A stretch of 59,094 nucleotides of DNA, the filler included. It is 6 parts of 6 records of this genome, joined end to end, with 100 filler letters (N's around TTAATTAATTAA, not from the genome) between each part and the next. Parts side by side here need not be neighbours in the genome. Positions count along the whole stretch, not along the records: positions 32,541 to 47,619 come from SRR31147125_1036; positions 47,720 to 52,768 come from SRR31147125_1044; positions 52,869 to 59,094 come from SRR31147125_1057; 3 more parts are not named here. One strand, given 5' to 3'. The notes under the pieces are model-generated. The model did no database searches and had not been told where the DNA came from. It was given only the letters and a program-made list of their open reading frames with translations. The position numbers and the translations under genes were made by a program. Positions 43,634 through 52,963 of this stretch are shown one piece after another. Numbering within the stretch: the stretch's first letter is position 1; every line of letters begins with the position of its first letter.

Positions 43634-43717
43634 ACTATCAGACTTTACAAAAAATGTATAAATGTATTTTTTTCAACATGATAAACATCTACGCCCAAAG
43701 ATGATTTGTAGAGTATT

Positions 43718-43757
43718 TGTCAACTGCAGCTTACAGAGTGTAAAGCGTAACTTGACA
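43718..43757. promoter_or_regulatory. Putative tandem enhancer (UAS) sites for a sigma54 activator
   Basis: TGTCAACTGCAGCTTACA and TGTAAAGCGTAACTTGACA, inverted relative to each other, about 85-125 bp upstream of the -24 box. Confidence 0.5.
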
Positions 43758-43812
43758 GGTAGGATTGCTAAGGAAAGAAAAAAAGATAATAATGTTTACA
43801 AATCCCGTTCTT

Positions 43813-45207
43813 CTAATCGGTGGTCTGGATTTTATGTTTTACCATAAGACGATGAAAATTCTGCCGGGACATTTTACTCGCTCTTGCAGCGGCGCTTACA
43901 TTTTTATTATATCGCCCGAGCTGTTCCGTAATGAATTGTTTCTCAAATTTATCCAGGAGATAATCTCGGGATTCGCTAAAATTAGAACTAAAAATAGGCA
44001 ACGGACTTTCTTTTATTGACGCGGTATAAAGGCGGGCCCGAATAACATCAGGAAGGATCACTTCCCCTTTTGTTAACATGACGGCTCGCTCAATAAGATT
44101 TTCCAGCTCCCGAACATTTCCAGGATAGGAATAAGATTGTAGTAATTTCATAGCCTCATCGGAAAAGCCCTTAATCCCCTTTTTCAGTTGATAATTATAT
44201 CTTTCAAGAAAATAATTCGCAAGTAAAGGAATGTCTTCACAACGGTCCCTCAATGTGGGTAGCTCTATTGTCACAACATTTAAACGAAAATATAAATCCT
44301 CTCTAAAGGAGCCGTCTTTGACTTTAAGGGCAATATCCTGATTTGTTGCGGCAAGAAAACGCGCTTTGATCTGTATCGGATTGTTCCCTCCCAATCGTTC
44401 AAACTCTCTTTCCTGTAAAACTCTGAGTAGTTTTAACTGCAAATTTTCAGTCAAATCCCCAATTTCATCGAGAAAAATAGTACCTTTCTGGGCAACCTCA
44501 AACTTTCCAAGTTTTCTCTCTGCGGCTCCGGTAAAACTACCTTTTTCATACCCGAATAATTCAGATTCCAGCAGGGTATCCGGAAATGCGGTACAATTAA
44601 TAGCGATAAAAGGTTCTTGTGGAAAGGCACTATTGCTATGAATGGCTCTTGCCACCAATTCTTTACCCGTCCCACTTTCTCCGACAATTAAAACGGGTGT
44701 TTGATTCGACGTAGTAGAAACAGAGCCAACCAGTTTGTAGATTTCCTGCATACGCTCACTATTACCAACAAGTTCATGCTGATCCAAAATATCCGCTTTG
44801 AATAGTATACGGTCAACAGCCGGACTCTGAACACTTAACAATGCTCTTTTGATAGCTTCCCGAACTTTAGCGACAGCCAGAGGTTTCGTCAGATATTCAA
44901 AAGCTCCCAGTTTTATCGCCCTGATTGCCGTGTGCATAGTACCATGGCCGGTAATAATAATGACTGGAATGGTTCTATACTGCTGTTTTATTTGCGTCAA
45001 GGCTGCCATTCCATCCATATCAGGCATGGTTATATCCATGAAAATAAGTTGAGGCTTTTCTCTGGCAATTTTATCCATGGCATCCCTGCCATTTTTCGCC
45101 TCAATGCTGGTGTATCCTTCCTTTTCAAATAGCTGGCGAAAAGCGAACAAAATATGCTCGTCGTCATCAACGACCAATATTTTCACGTTATTCATCACGT
45201 TATTCAT
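43813..45207 (-). CDS. Sigma54-dependent response regulator (NtrC family)
   Basis: REC domain, GESGTGKE, ESELFGYEKGSFTGA, FLDEIG, YPGNVREL, Fis-type HTH. Confidence 0.95.
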   Translation of the reverse strand: MNNVMNNVKILVVDDDEHILFAFRQLFEKEGYTSIEAKNGRDAMDKIAREKPQLIFMDITMPDMDGMAALTQIKQQYRTIPVIIITGHGTMHTAIRAIKLGAFEYLTKPLAVAKVREAIKRALLSVQSPAVDRILFKADILDQHELVGNSERMQEIYKLVGSVSTTSNQTPVLIVGESGTGKELVARAIHSNSAFPQEPFIAINCTAFPDTLLESELFGYEKGSFTGAAERKLGKFEVAQKGTIFLDEIGDLTENLQLKLLRVLQEREFERLGGNNPIQIKARFLAATNQDIALKVKDGSFREDLYFRLNVVTIELPTLRDRCEDIPLLANYFLERYNYQLKKGIKGFSDEAMKLLQSYSYPGNVRELENLIERAVMLTKGEVILPDVIRARLYTASIKESPLPIFSSNFSESRDYLLDKFEKQFITEQLGRYNKNVSAAARASKMSRQNFHRLMVKHKIQTTD

Positions 45208-47619
45208 AATGTTGCTCTTTCCTAGGCAGGGGTAAATATATTGTAAACGTTGTTCCATTACCAGGATTACTATGAACTTGTATGATACCCGCATGGGCAT
45301 TAACAATACGCTTGACAATGGAAAGTCCAAGTCCTGTGCCACTGGTTTTGGTGGTAAAAAAAGGATCAAATACGCGACTGAGCTTTTTAGCTTCTATACC
45401 CTTTCCTGTATCGGTAATTTCAAACAAAACACACTTTGTTCCTGCTGATAAAATCAATTCCGGATCACTGTTTGCTATTGGCAGCACATTTTCATGTCCT
45501 CCAACATTGGTGATACAAAGCTCCCGTAATGGTTGTTTTAACACAACTTTTCTCGTATTTATCAAAATTTCCCGCACACCTGTCGTTTCGGTTTTAGCAA
45601 CAATTGCGTGAATGGCATTCAAATACAAGTTAATCAACATTTCTCTAAAATTATTTTTATCAAGCGGTAAAAGTGGAACCTGATGATAAAGTTTTTTCCT
45701 GATCTTAATATTTTCTTTATCAAGTTGTGTTTTTACTATTGCAAGACTACTCTCAATAATATCGTTCAATTTACATGGTGTAAAAGTCAGTGGAGCAGGA
45801 CGCGAAACGTCCAAAAGTTGTTTTACAATGCTTTCCAAATGGTTAATAGAATCCAGGGCAACGGCAAGGGATTTAAAATCTGAATCGCACAGGTTATTCG
45901 ATTCATACAATAATTCCAAAATCATTCTTACCGAGGTCAGGCCATTCCGGAATTCGTGCGAGATCATGGCTGCCATTTCGCCAACAACCATGAGCTTTTC
46001 AGTATGCACCAGCTTTTTTTCCAGTTGTTTCTGCAACGTAACATCTCGTTTTACGCCCACAATCCCTTCAATTTTCCCATAAGAATCATAAATGGGTGAT
46101 ACGGAATTTTGGAAATATCTGGTTCCTGAGGGAAATTCACGAGACCATTCATACACGGTATGCTCTCCCTCAAGTACCCGATCATTGGATTTTTCATGCA
46201 CAGCTGCCACTTGAGATCCAAATACATCCCGCATCGTTTTGCCATAAAATCGATCAACAGGGATACCTGACTCTTCAAACCAGTTGCCAAAAATTTCAAC
46301 AAAGCGCTGTTCCCGATCGAGAGTAAATACCGTATCATCCATGGATTCAACCAATGTTCGAAAACGTTCCTCACTGGAACTTAAAGCTTCGTTAGCCATG
46401 GAGAGCTCTTTTGTTCGCTCCTGCACCCGTATTTCCAGTTCATCGTGCGATGTACGTAATGCCCGTTCCATTTCAATACGATCGGTAATATCGCGAATGA
46501 TACCAGTAAAAAAAGTCTCTTCTCCTGCCTTCCAGGTTGCAAGCGAGAGTTCAATTGGAAATTCATGGCCATCTTTCCCAATAGCTGCCAATTCCAATCT
46601 CTTACCAATTAGATGTGAAACACCAGTATCCACGACCTTCTTAAAAGCGTCATCGTGTGCTTTGTGGAATCGCTCCGGCATTAATATAGTAATTGGCTTT
46701 CCAAGGACATCCTTCGAAGTATAGCCAAACATCTTTTCTGCGCTTTTGTTCCACAATACAATATTTCCGTTACTGCCTGCGGAGATAATCGCATCACTGG
46801 CAGTGTGGGCCACAGATCGAAAACGTTGTTCACTCTTTTCCAGAGATTCCAATGTTCGACTATTGATAAGAGCGACAGCTGCAAGCTCACCGAAAGCGCA
46901 AGCCATGTTTACATCCTCTTCATTAAAGCCGCCTTTTTTATTGGCAAGCCCAAGCAATCCAACTGGCTGATCATCAATAATTAACGGAACAAACAGAACA
47001 TTCTCAAGCGTAACATGCCCATCCGGTAAATAGGTCATCCATTGACTTTGAGCAAAATCATTGCAATATACTGGTTTTTCTTTTTATACGCAAGTTCCCG
47101 AAAACCCCGCACAGGCATTGGTAAATCTGAATCCACCATGCAATCATGATCACCCGGATCCAAATAAACAATCTGGTTATTTTTGGCACCCGTAGCCAAT
47201 AAAGCGACATATCCGGAATCAGCACTTATGAGCTTTTTGCAGGAATCAAATAAGACTTTCGAGGCATCATGAAAATTTCTGTTTTCCAGGACAGCACGTG
47301 CCCCTTCTAAAAGAGCGGTAACTTCCTCCTGGCGTTTTTTAGTGACATCCAGAGCGTTGTTCAGCTCTTCTTCTCTTTGTTTCCGTTCCGTGATATCCCG
47401 AACAATGCCTATCATACGTACAGCCTTGTTATTCTCGTTTCGGATAACACTGCCTTTTTCAGATACCCATCTCACCTCCCCATTCGGCCACAAGATACGA
47501 TGTTCAATGTCAAAATCCTTAATACCTTCAAGGCTGGCGCGTGTAGAATCAAACACATAATGTCGATCTTCAGGGTGCACGCATTCTATAAATGCATCGT
47601 ATGTGCCATTAAATCCCCC
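45200..47619 (-). CDS. PAS/GAF sensor histidine kinase (5' partial; 1-nt frameshift near 47075-47086)
   Basis: PAS-GAF-PAS-PAS, SHEFRN, NLYLNA, DTGKG, FFTTK, GTGLGL. Confidence 0.88.
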
Positions 47620-47719
47620 NNNNNNNNNNNNNNNNNNNNNNNNNNNNNNNNNNNNNNNNNNNNTTAATTAATTAANNNNNNNNNNNNNNNNNNNNNNNNN
47701 NNNNNNNNNNNNNNNNNNN
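47620..47719. other. Artificial contig linker
   Basis: N run with TTAATTAATTAA. Confidence 0.98.
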
Positions 47720-47746
47720 TCACTAGTTCGAATCTAGTATCGCCCA
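47720..47746 (+). tRNA. 3' end of a tRNA (probably Val; anticodon not visible)
   Basis: T arm ACTAG-TTCGAAT-CTAGT, acceptor strand ATCGCCC plus discriminator A. Confidence 0.75.
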
Positions 47747-47757
47747 CATCTCAAAAT

Positions 47758-47789
47758 AAAAGCCTTAGAAGAAATTCTAAGGCTTTTTT
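47758..47789 (+). terminator. Terminator after the tRNA
   Basis: AAAAGCCTTAGAA-gaaa-TTCTAAGGCTTTTTT. Confidence 0.85.
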
Positions 47790-47904
47790 GTTTTAAGCGG
47801 TTTACATTTTCCCTTTTTAATCAGAAACTATTTTTTTATAATGGATTGTGTCTTCGTTTTATAATCAATAAATTAGACAGATTATTTTAATCTTCTTTTT
47901 AATT

Positions 47905-50900
47905 GTGACTGAAATTCTAGATATCACAGGAAATGAAATTGAACAACTTAAAGACGACCATCTTCGAGAACTAATCGGACTACTTTGCGAGGCAGAATAT
48001 CGAAAAGCCTCACTTTCGACTCAAGGGGTAACCTGGGGAGGAAATCAAGATGCTGTCGATGGTGGGCTTGATGTTATAATTAACAGCAATAAAATCCCTC
48101 AAGAAAATGGCTTTATACCAAGGTCACAATGTGGCTTTCAGGTAAAAAAGCCAGACATGCCAAGAAATGCAATCTTGAAAGAGATGCGACCACAAAATCA
48201 TTTAAGAGACAGTATTAAAGAACTAATTGAAAAGAACGGAGCATATATTATTGTTAGCTCAGGCAGTTCAACTTCTGACACAGCATTAAAAAATCGATGC
48301 AATGCAATGAAAGAAGCTGTCTCTGATCAGAAAAATTCGGAACATCTTTTTTTACAATTTATGGATCGCGGACAAGTTGCTACATGGGTTCGTTCACATC
48401 CATCTTTGATATTATGGGTTCGACAAAAAATAGGCCGCCCTTTAAGTGGCTGGAAGCCCTATGAGAATTGGTCGAAGTCTCCCGGAGGAATTAATGAGGT
48501 ATATTTACTTGACGATTCTATCAAGCTCTATAAAGGAATAAAGACCTCTGATGACAAAGGAATGTCTGCAGAAGGTGCTATTTCTGAACTTAGAAAAGTT
48601 CTTTCCCAAAAAAGAGTCTCAGTCAGATTAACTGGACTTTCGGGTGTTGGAAAAACTCGCTTAATTCAAGCTTTGTTTGATGAAAGAATAGGAACAAACC
48701 CTTTAAATAAAGAGCAAGTATTCTATACCGATATTTCTGATAGTCCAGTACCTACATCACAATCATTCGCTGAACAGCTTATTGCTTTTAGGAGAAGGGC
48801 AATTCTTATTATTGACAATTGCTCTCATGAGCTTCATGAGAAACTAACAAGTTTATGTTCTGATTCAGAAAGCCGAATTAGTTTAATAACGGTTGAATAC
48901 GATGTCAGGGATCATCTACCTGAATCAACTGATGCTTATAGGTTAGAGCCATCAAGCGATCAGCTTATTGAAAAACTAATACAAACGAGATTTGAACATA
49001 TTAGCCAAGTAGATGCTAAAACAATTGCAACCAATTCTGGCGGAAATTTTCGTATTGCAATTGCATTGGCAGAAACATTGAAGCAAAATGAATCCCTATC
49101 TCATTTTCACAATAACTTATTATTCGAAAGACTTTTCTGGCAGAATAATGAGCGTAATGATGATTTGTTGCTTGCTGGTGAAGTGTGTTCTCTGGTCTAT
49201 TCTTTTGAAGGAACAGATACCGAGTCAGAGGAATCAGAACTTCAGTTTCTAGCCTCTTTAATCCGCAAACCTGTTGATGAATTATATCGAAATATAAATT
49301 TCTTGAAAGAAAGGGATCTGGTACAATCTCGCTCAAAATGGAGGGCTGTTCTTCCTCATGCAATTGCAAATTGGCTTGCTACAAAGGCTCTTGAATCGAT
49401 CCCCAAGGACACAATTGAAAAAGCATTCATTAATAGTAATTCGGAAAGATTAATAATATCATTTACACGCCGTTTGAATTATTTACATGACAGCGAAATT
49501 GCCGTTGAGATTGTTGATGATTGGCTTAAAGAAGAAGGGTATGTAGGCAAGCATATCCACAACCTTAACCATTTTGAATTCGATATATTTCGAAATATTG
49601 CCCCTGTTGCGCCAGAAAAAACTTTGCTAGCAATTGAAAGAGCAGTTAAAAGTAATCTGAAATTTATAACAAGAGAAAACAGACATTACAATGAATTCAC
49701 AAATATATTGCTGCATTTAGCCTATGATGCAGAACTTTTTCTAAGAAGTGTGAAAATTTTAATTGAATTTGTAGCTTCGGAAGATCCCAACGAAAACACA
49801 AATTCAACCAATGAAAAACTTAAATCCCTATTTTATATCCATCTTTCTGGTACACACGCAACATTGGAAATGCGGGTTCAGGTTATTGAAGACCTATTAC
49901 ATTCTGATAGCCAAAAAATGCAAAGTTTAGGGATAAAATGTCTGGACGCAGCATTGGAATCCTCTCAGTTTTTCTCTCACAATGATTTTAGGTGGGGTGC
50001 ACGATCAAGAGATTTTGGTTATATGCCAAAAACATATAAGGAATGGAATATTTGGTTTAAAAGGTTTTTAGAAATAGCTTTCCAATTATCCATGTCAGAA
50101 AAACTTATTTCTAATGACGTAAAAGAAGTCTTAGCTACACAATTAAATGGACTATGGACTGATGTTCACTTATTTGATGAAATTGAAAACGCAGTAAGAA
50201 CAATTCATGATCAATCTCCTTGGCAAGATGGTTGGCTTGCGGTTAGAAATATAATGCGAATTAATGGTAAAAGCTTTAGCCGAGAAATAAAAGACCGACT
50301 CATCAATTTAGAAAATTATCTTAGGCCAGACTCATTATTGGAGAAAGCTCGTGTAATGGTTCTGTCAAAAGGAGTTTATCCCTATGAACTGGAAGATATC
50401 GAATTTGATGTAAAAATAAAGGCATCGGCCAGGATGGATAAACTTGATGAAAAGGCAATGGAAATTGGCTATAAAGTTGCAAAAGATTCAAATACGTTAA
50501 AAAAAATTGCAAATGAAGTAGTTACCATTTTTGCAAAACGGGCATTTCCCTTTGGAAAAGGGTTAGCTAAAGGCTCTCAGAATTTAGAAAACACCTGGGA
50601 TATTTTATATAAAGGATTTGCACAGACTAAAAAAGAAGAGCAAGGGATTCAGATTTTTCGAGGTTTTTTGTATCAAAGTTCAAATATTGACAATAAGTTT
50701 TATAATACAAAGCTTGACCAGATGGTCAAAGATGATCTTTTGGGAGAATGGTTTCCTATTTTGCAAACATCTTCTGTGATTGATAAAAAAGCTCTTGAAC
50801 GCCTTCATCATTCTATTGATTTTGAGAAAGCCCCCATTGGTGCATACCAAAATATTGCTTTTGGAGAAAGTCACTTGAGTATAAGCGATTCTGAACTTGC

Positions 50901-51735
50901 TAGATTGATAAAAAAACTGATGCCAAAAGATGAAAATCTGAATACTTCTATTGAAATATTGAGTATGAGATTTTATGCTAAAGAGAAAACCCAAAATGTT
51001 GCAAGACCTTTGATCAATGTCGCCCAAAAAGTTTTATCCTCATATAACTTTCCTAAAAATGTTAATAAAGAAAATGATGATTTTAGGCTATCACAAATTA
51101 GCAATATTGTTTTAGGTAAGACTAGTGGCGATAAAACAGCACAAAGGATAATTGGCAATTATATTAACACCAGAAAAGAATATTTTGCAGCAATTGATGA
51201 TTATCCCGACCTTTTGCAAAGTCTATTAAAATATCATCCAACAGCATTCTTAGAAGGATTTTTAAATAATAAATCTCTAGATAATAATTCCTTAAAAAGA
51301 TTATTTAGGTCTGATCCTTACCAGAATAAATGTCTTTTTGATGCTATTCCAATGAATATTTTACTTGATTGGTGTAAGGTTGAATCCGAGTCTCGATATA
51401 AAATACTCACTTCAGTTATAATCCCTTTTAACAAACATAAAAATAAAGAAGAGTTTGACTGGAAACCTATCATTTATCACATTCTTGAGAATTCAACTAT
51501 TACTGAAGAAATCCTAGAAAATTTATCTGTATCAATTAGGCCAAAAGTATATTGGGGTTCAAGGGCGGACATATTGGACAGCCGTTCAAAATTATTCGTT
51601 AAGCTATTTGATCACAACAATGGGGTCATTTCCTCATGGGCAAAAGATAGACACTTCCAACTGCAAGAAGAAATTAGAAGAATGGGAGAATGGGAACATA
51701 AACTAGAAAGTGAAAGGGATGAAAGCTTTGAGTAA
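47905..51735 (+). CDS. Large nuclease-like / STAND-type P-loop NTPase / helical-repeat protein (Avs/NLR-like, putative antiphage)
   Basis: N-terminal DGGLD...FQVK (PD-(D/E/Q)xK-like), Walker A GLSGVGKT, Walker B ILIIDNC, SGGN hinge, ~750-aa helical C-terminus. Confidence 0.7.
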   Translation: MTEILDITGNEIEQLKDDHLRELIGLLCEAEYRKASLSTQGVTWGGNQDAVDGGLDVIINSNKIPQENGFIPRSQCGFQVKKPDMPRNAILKEMRPQNHLRDSIKELIEKNGAYIIVSSGSSTSDTALKNRCNAMKEAVSDQKNSEHLFLQFMDRGQVATWVRSHPSLILWVRQKIGRPLSGWKPYENWSKSPGGINEVYLLDDSIKLYKGIKTSDDKGMSAEGAISELRKVLSQKRVSVRLTGLSGVGKTRLIQALFDERIGTNPLNKEQVFYTDISDSPVPTSQSFAEQLIAFRRRAILIIDNCSHELHEKLTSLCSDSESRISLITVEYDVRDHLPESTDAYRLEPSSDQLIEKLIQTRFEHISQVDAKTIATNSGGNFRIAIALAETLKQNESLSHFHNNLLFERLFWQNNERNDDLLLAGEVCSLVYSFEGTDTESEESELQFLASLIRKPVDELYRNINFLKERDLVQSRSKWRAVLPHAIANWLATKALESIPKDTIEKAFINSNSERLIISFTRRLNYLHDSEIAVEIVDDWLKEEGYVGKHIHNLNHFEFDIFRNIAPVAPEKTLLAIERAVKSNLKFITRENRHYNEFTNILLHLAYDAELFLRSVKILIEFVASEDPNENTNSTNEKLKSLFYIHLSGTHATLEMRVQVIEDLLHSDSQKMQSLGIKCLDAALESSQFFSHNDFRWGARSRDFGYMPKTYKEWNIWFKRFLEIAFQLSMSEKLISNDVKEVLATQLNGLWTDVHLFDEIENAVRTIHDQSPWQDGWLAVRNIMRINGKSFSREIKDRLINLENYLRPDSLLEKARVMVLSKGVYPYELEDIEFDVKIKASARMDKLDEKAMEIGYKVAKDSNTLKKIANEVVTIFAKRAFPFGKGLAKGSQNLENTWDILYKGFAQTKKEEQGIQIFRGFLYQSSNIDNKFYNTKLDQMVKDDLLGEWFPILQTSSVIDKKALERLHHSIDFEKAPIGAYQNIAFGESHLSISDSELARLIKKLMPKDENLNTSIEILSMRFYAKEKTQNVARPLINVAQKVLSSYNFPKNVNKENDDFRLSQISNIVLGKTSGDKTAQRIIGNYINTRKEYFAAIDDYPDLLQSLLKYHPTAFLEGFLNNKSLDNNSLKRLFRSDPYQNKCLFDAIPMNILLDWCKVESESRYKILTSVIIPFNKHKNKEEFDWKPIIYHILENSTITEEILENLSVSIRPKVYWGSRADILDSRSKLFVKLFDHNNGVISSWAKDRHFQLQEEIRRMGEWEHKLESERDESFE

Positions 51736-51801
51736 TGGTATGTATCTAGAACCTTTGTAAAGCTTTTGCATTTTTCAATTTTAAAAAGTTTAGTAATAAG
51801 G

Positions 51802-52110
51802 TTATCTCAATCTCTTTTTTAATCGTCTCATTAAATCCATTCTTTCATGGAATAGGGCAATAATCATTAATGGTTTGTTCTCTCTAATAAGTCCAAATAT
51901 GTAATGTTTTTGGCAATGTGTAACGCTGATTGTGCGATTTCTTATTTTTATATCTTTATAATAGCCATCTCCTTTGGCTATGGATTCCATGCAGTTAAGT
52001 AGTTGTTTTGTGTATTTTATTGTTTGGTTTTTGCCGTGGCGTTCAAGTGTATAGTCAACAATTTCTTCCCAATCTTTTAGTGCATCATGGCTTCTTTCAT
52101 ATAAAATCAT
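51802..52110 (-). CDS. ParE/RelE-family toxin
   Basis: ALKDWEEIVDYT..HG, HCQKHYIF, IIALFHERMDL. Confidence 0.85.
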   Translation of the reverse strand: MILYERSHDALKDWEEIVDYTLERHGKNQTIKYTKQLLNCMESIAKGDGYYKDIKIRNRTISVTHCQKHYIFGLIRENKPLMIIALFHERMDLMRRLKKRLR

Positions 52111-52367
52111 TTAGCAGACTTACTCTTATTGATTATTTCTTCGGTTAATTGTTCAAATGACTTTTCTGATGGAGAGTTGTTTTCTGCATTCTCGATTCGT
52201 TTCATTAAAAGTTCTTCAAGTTCATTCCAAGTTTGATCTTTGTCAGATTCATCCTCGGGAAATAATTTACCAAGCACATAATCTTTAACTGTCTTTCCTT
52301 GCAATACCGCCATTGCTTTAATTTTCTGGTGTTGCTCGCCTGATACATCAATAACCAATCGACTCAT
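52107..52367 (-). CDS. RHH-type antitoxin (ParD-like)
   Basis: MSRLVIDVSGEQHQKIKAMAVLQGKTVKDY; ATGA overlap with the toxin. Confidence 0.8.
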   Translation of the reverse strand: MSRLVIDVSGEQHQKIKAMAVLQGKTVKDYVLGKLFPEDESDKDQTWNELEELLMKRIENAENNSPSEKSFEQLTEEIINKSKSAK

Positions 52368-52389
52368 AATCTTACAACTTTTATTAAAA

Positions 52390-52411
52390 TGTACATTTGT
52401 ACAAATGTACA
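52390..52411. promoter_or_regulatory. Putative antitoxin operator: three TGTACA palindromes with 8-bp period
   Basis: TGTACA-tt-TGTACA-aa-TGTACA directly upstream of the antitoxin ATG. Confidence 0.65.
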
Positions 52412-52459
52412 AATTATTCAGGTGTTATTTAATTTTGATTATGGTTAAAGTGGTTGGTT

Positions 52460-52768
52460 TCAAATCCTAAACCTCTCATCCAACTTCTTTTTACCAGACT
52501 TACTTATGCGGTATTGATTTCCGTTAGTTAATACGGCTACATATTCATCGTTTGAAAAATGCTCTATGTTTACAATTGCTGAGACATTTACCAAAGCACC
52601 CCTGTGTACCCTTACAAACTCACCCGGATTTAATTTTTCCTCGAAGTTATTTAACGATTTTCTTACCAGGTATTCTTGATTTTCCGTTATAACTTTTACA
52701 TAGTAGTCAGCAGCCTCAATGCATAGAATGTCTGACGTTTGTATAAAAGCTACTCCACCACCTTTTTT
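52460..52768 (-). CDS. LytTR DNA-binding domain protein (5' partial; absent from the ORF track)
   Basis: Manual translation ...DILCIEAADYYVKV...LVRKSLNNFEEKL...FVRVHRGALVN...ISKSGKKKLDERFRI*. Confidence 0.85.
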   Translation of the reverse strand, partial: KKGGGVAFIQTSDILCIEAADYYVKVITENQEYLVRKSLNNFEEKLNPGEFVRVHRGALVNVSAIVNIEHFSNDEYVAVLTNGNQYRISKSGKKKLDERFRI

Positions 52769-52868
52769 NNNNNNNNNNNNNNNNNNNNNNNNNNNNNNNN
52801 NNNNNNNNNNNNTTAATTAATTAANNNNNNNNNNNNNNNNNNNNNNNNNNNNNNNNNNNNNNNNNNNN
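52769..52868. other. Artificial contig linker
   Basis: N run with TTAATTAATTAA. Confidence 0.98.
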
Positions 52869-52878
52869 TTTATTCTAG

Positions 52879-52937
52879 AACTAAGGTGGTACCGCGATGA
52901 CAATCGTCCTTAGATTTAATGCTAAGGACGTTTTTTT
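52879..52937 (+). promoter_or_regulatory. T-box riboswitch 3' part (antiterminator/terminator)
   Basis: AACTAAGGTGGTACCGCG T-box, then CGTCCTTAG...CTAAGGACG-T7, upstream of alaS. Confidence 0.9.
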
Positions 52938-52963
52938 ATTTTAAAAAAAGGAGTGTGTATATA

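Noticed and set aside
47720-47746. tRNA fragment as an att-site duplicate
   Set aside because: It is cut by the contig edge, so a full tRNA and an att remnant cannot be told apart; no integrase or second copy is on the contig.
14833-51735. Treating AbiF, SatD, ParB-SPL and the STAND protein as one defence island
   Set aside because: They lie on different contigs from apparently different organisms.
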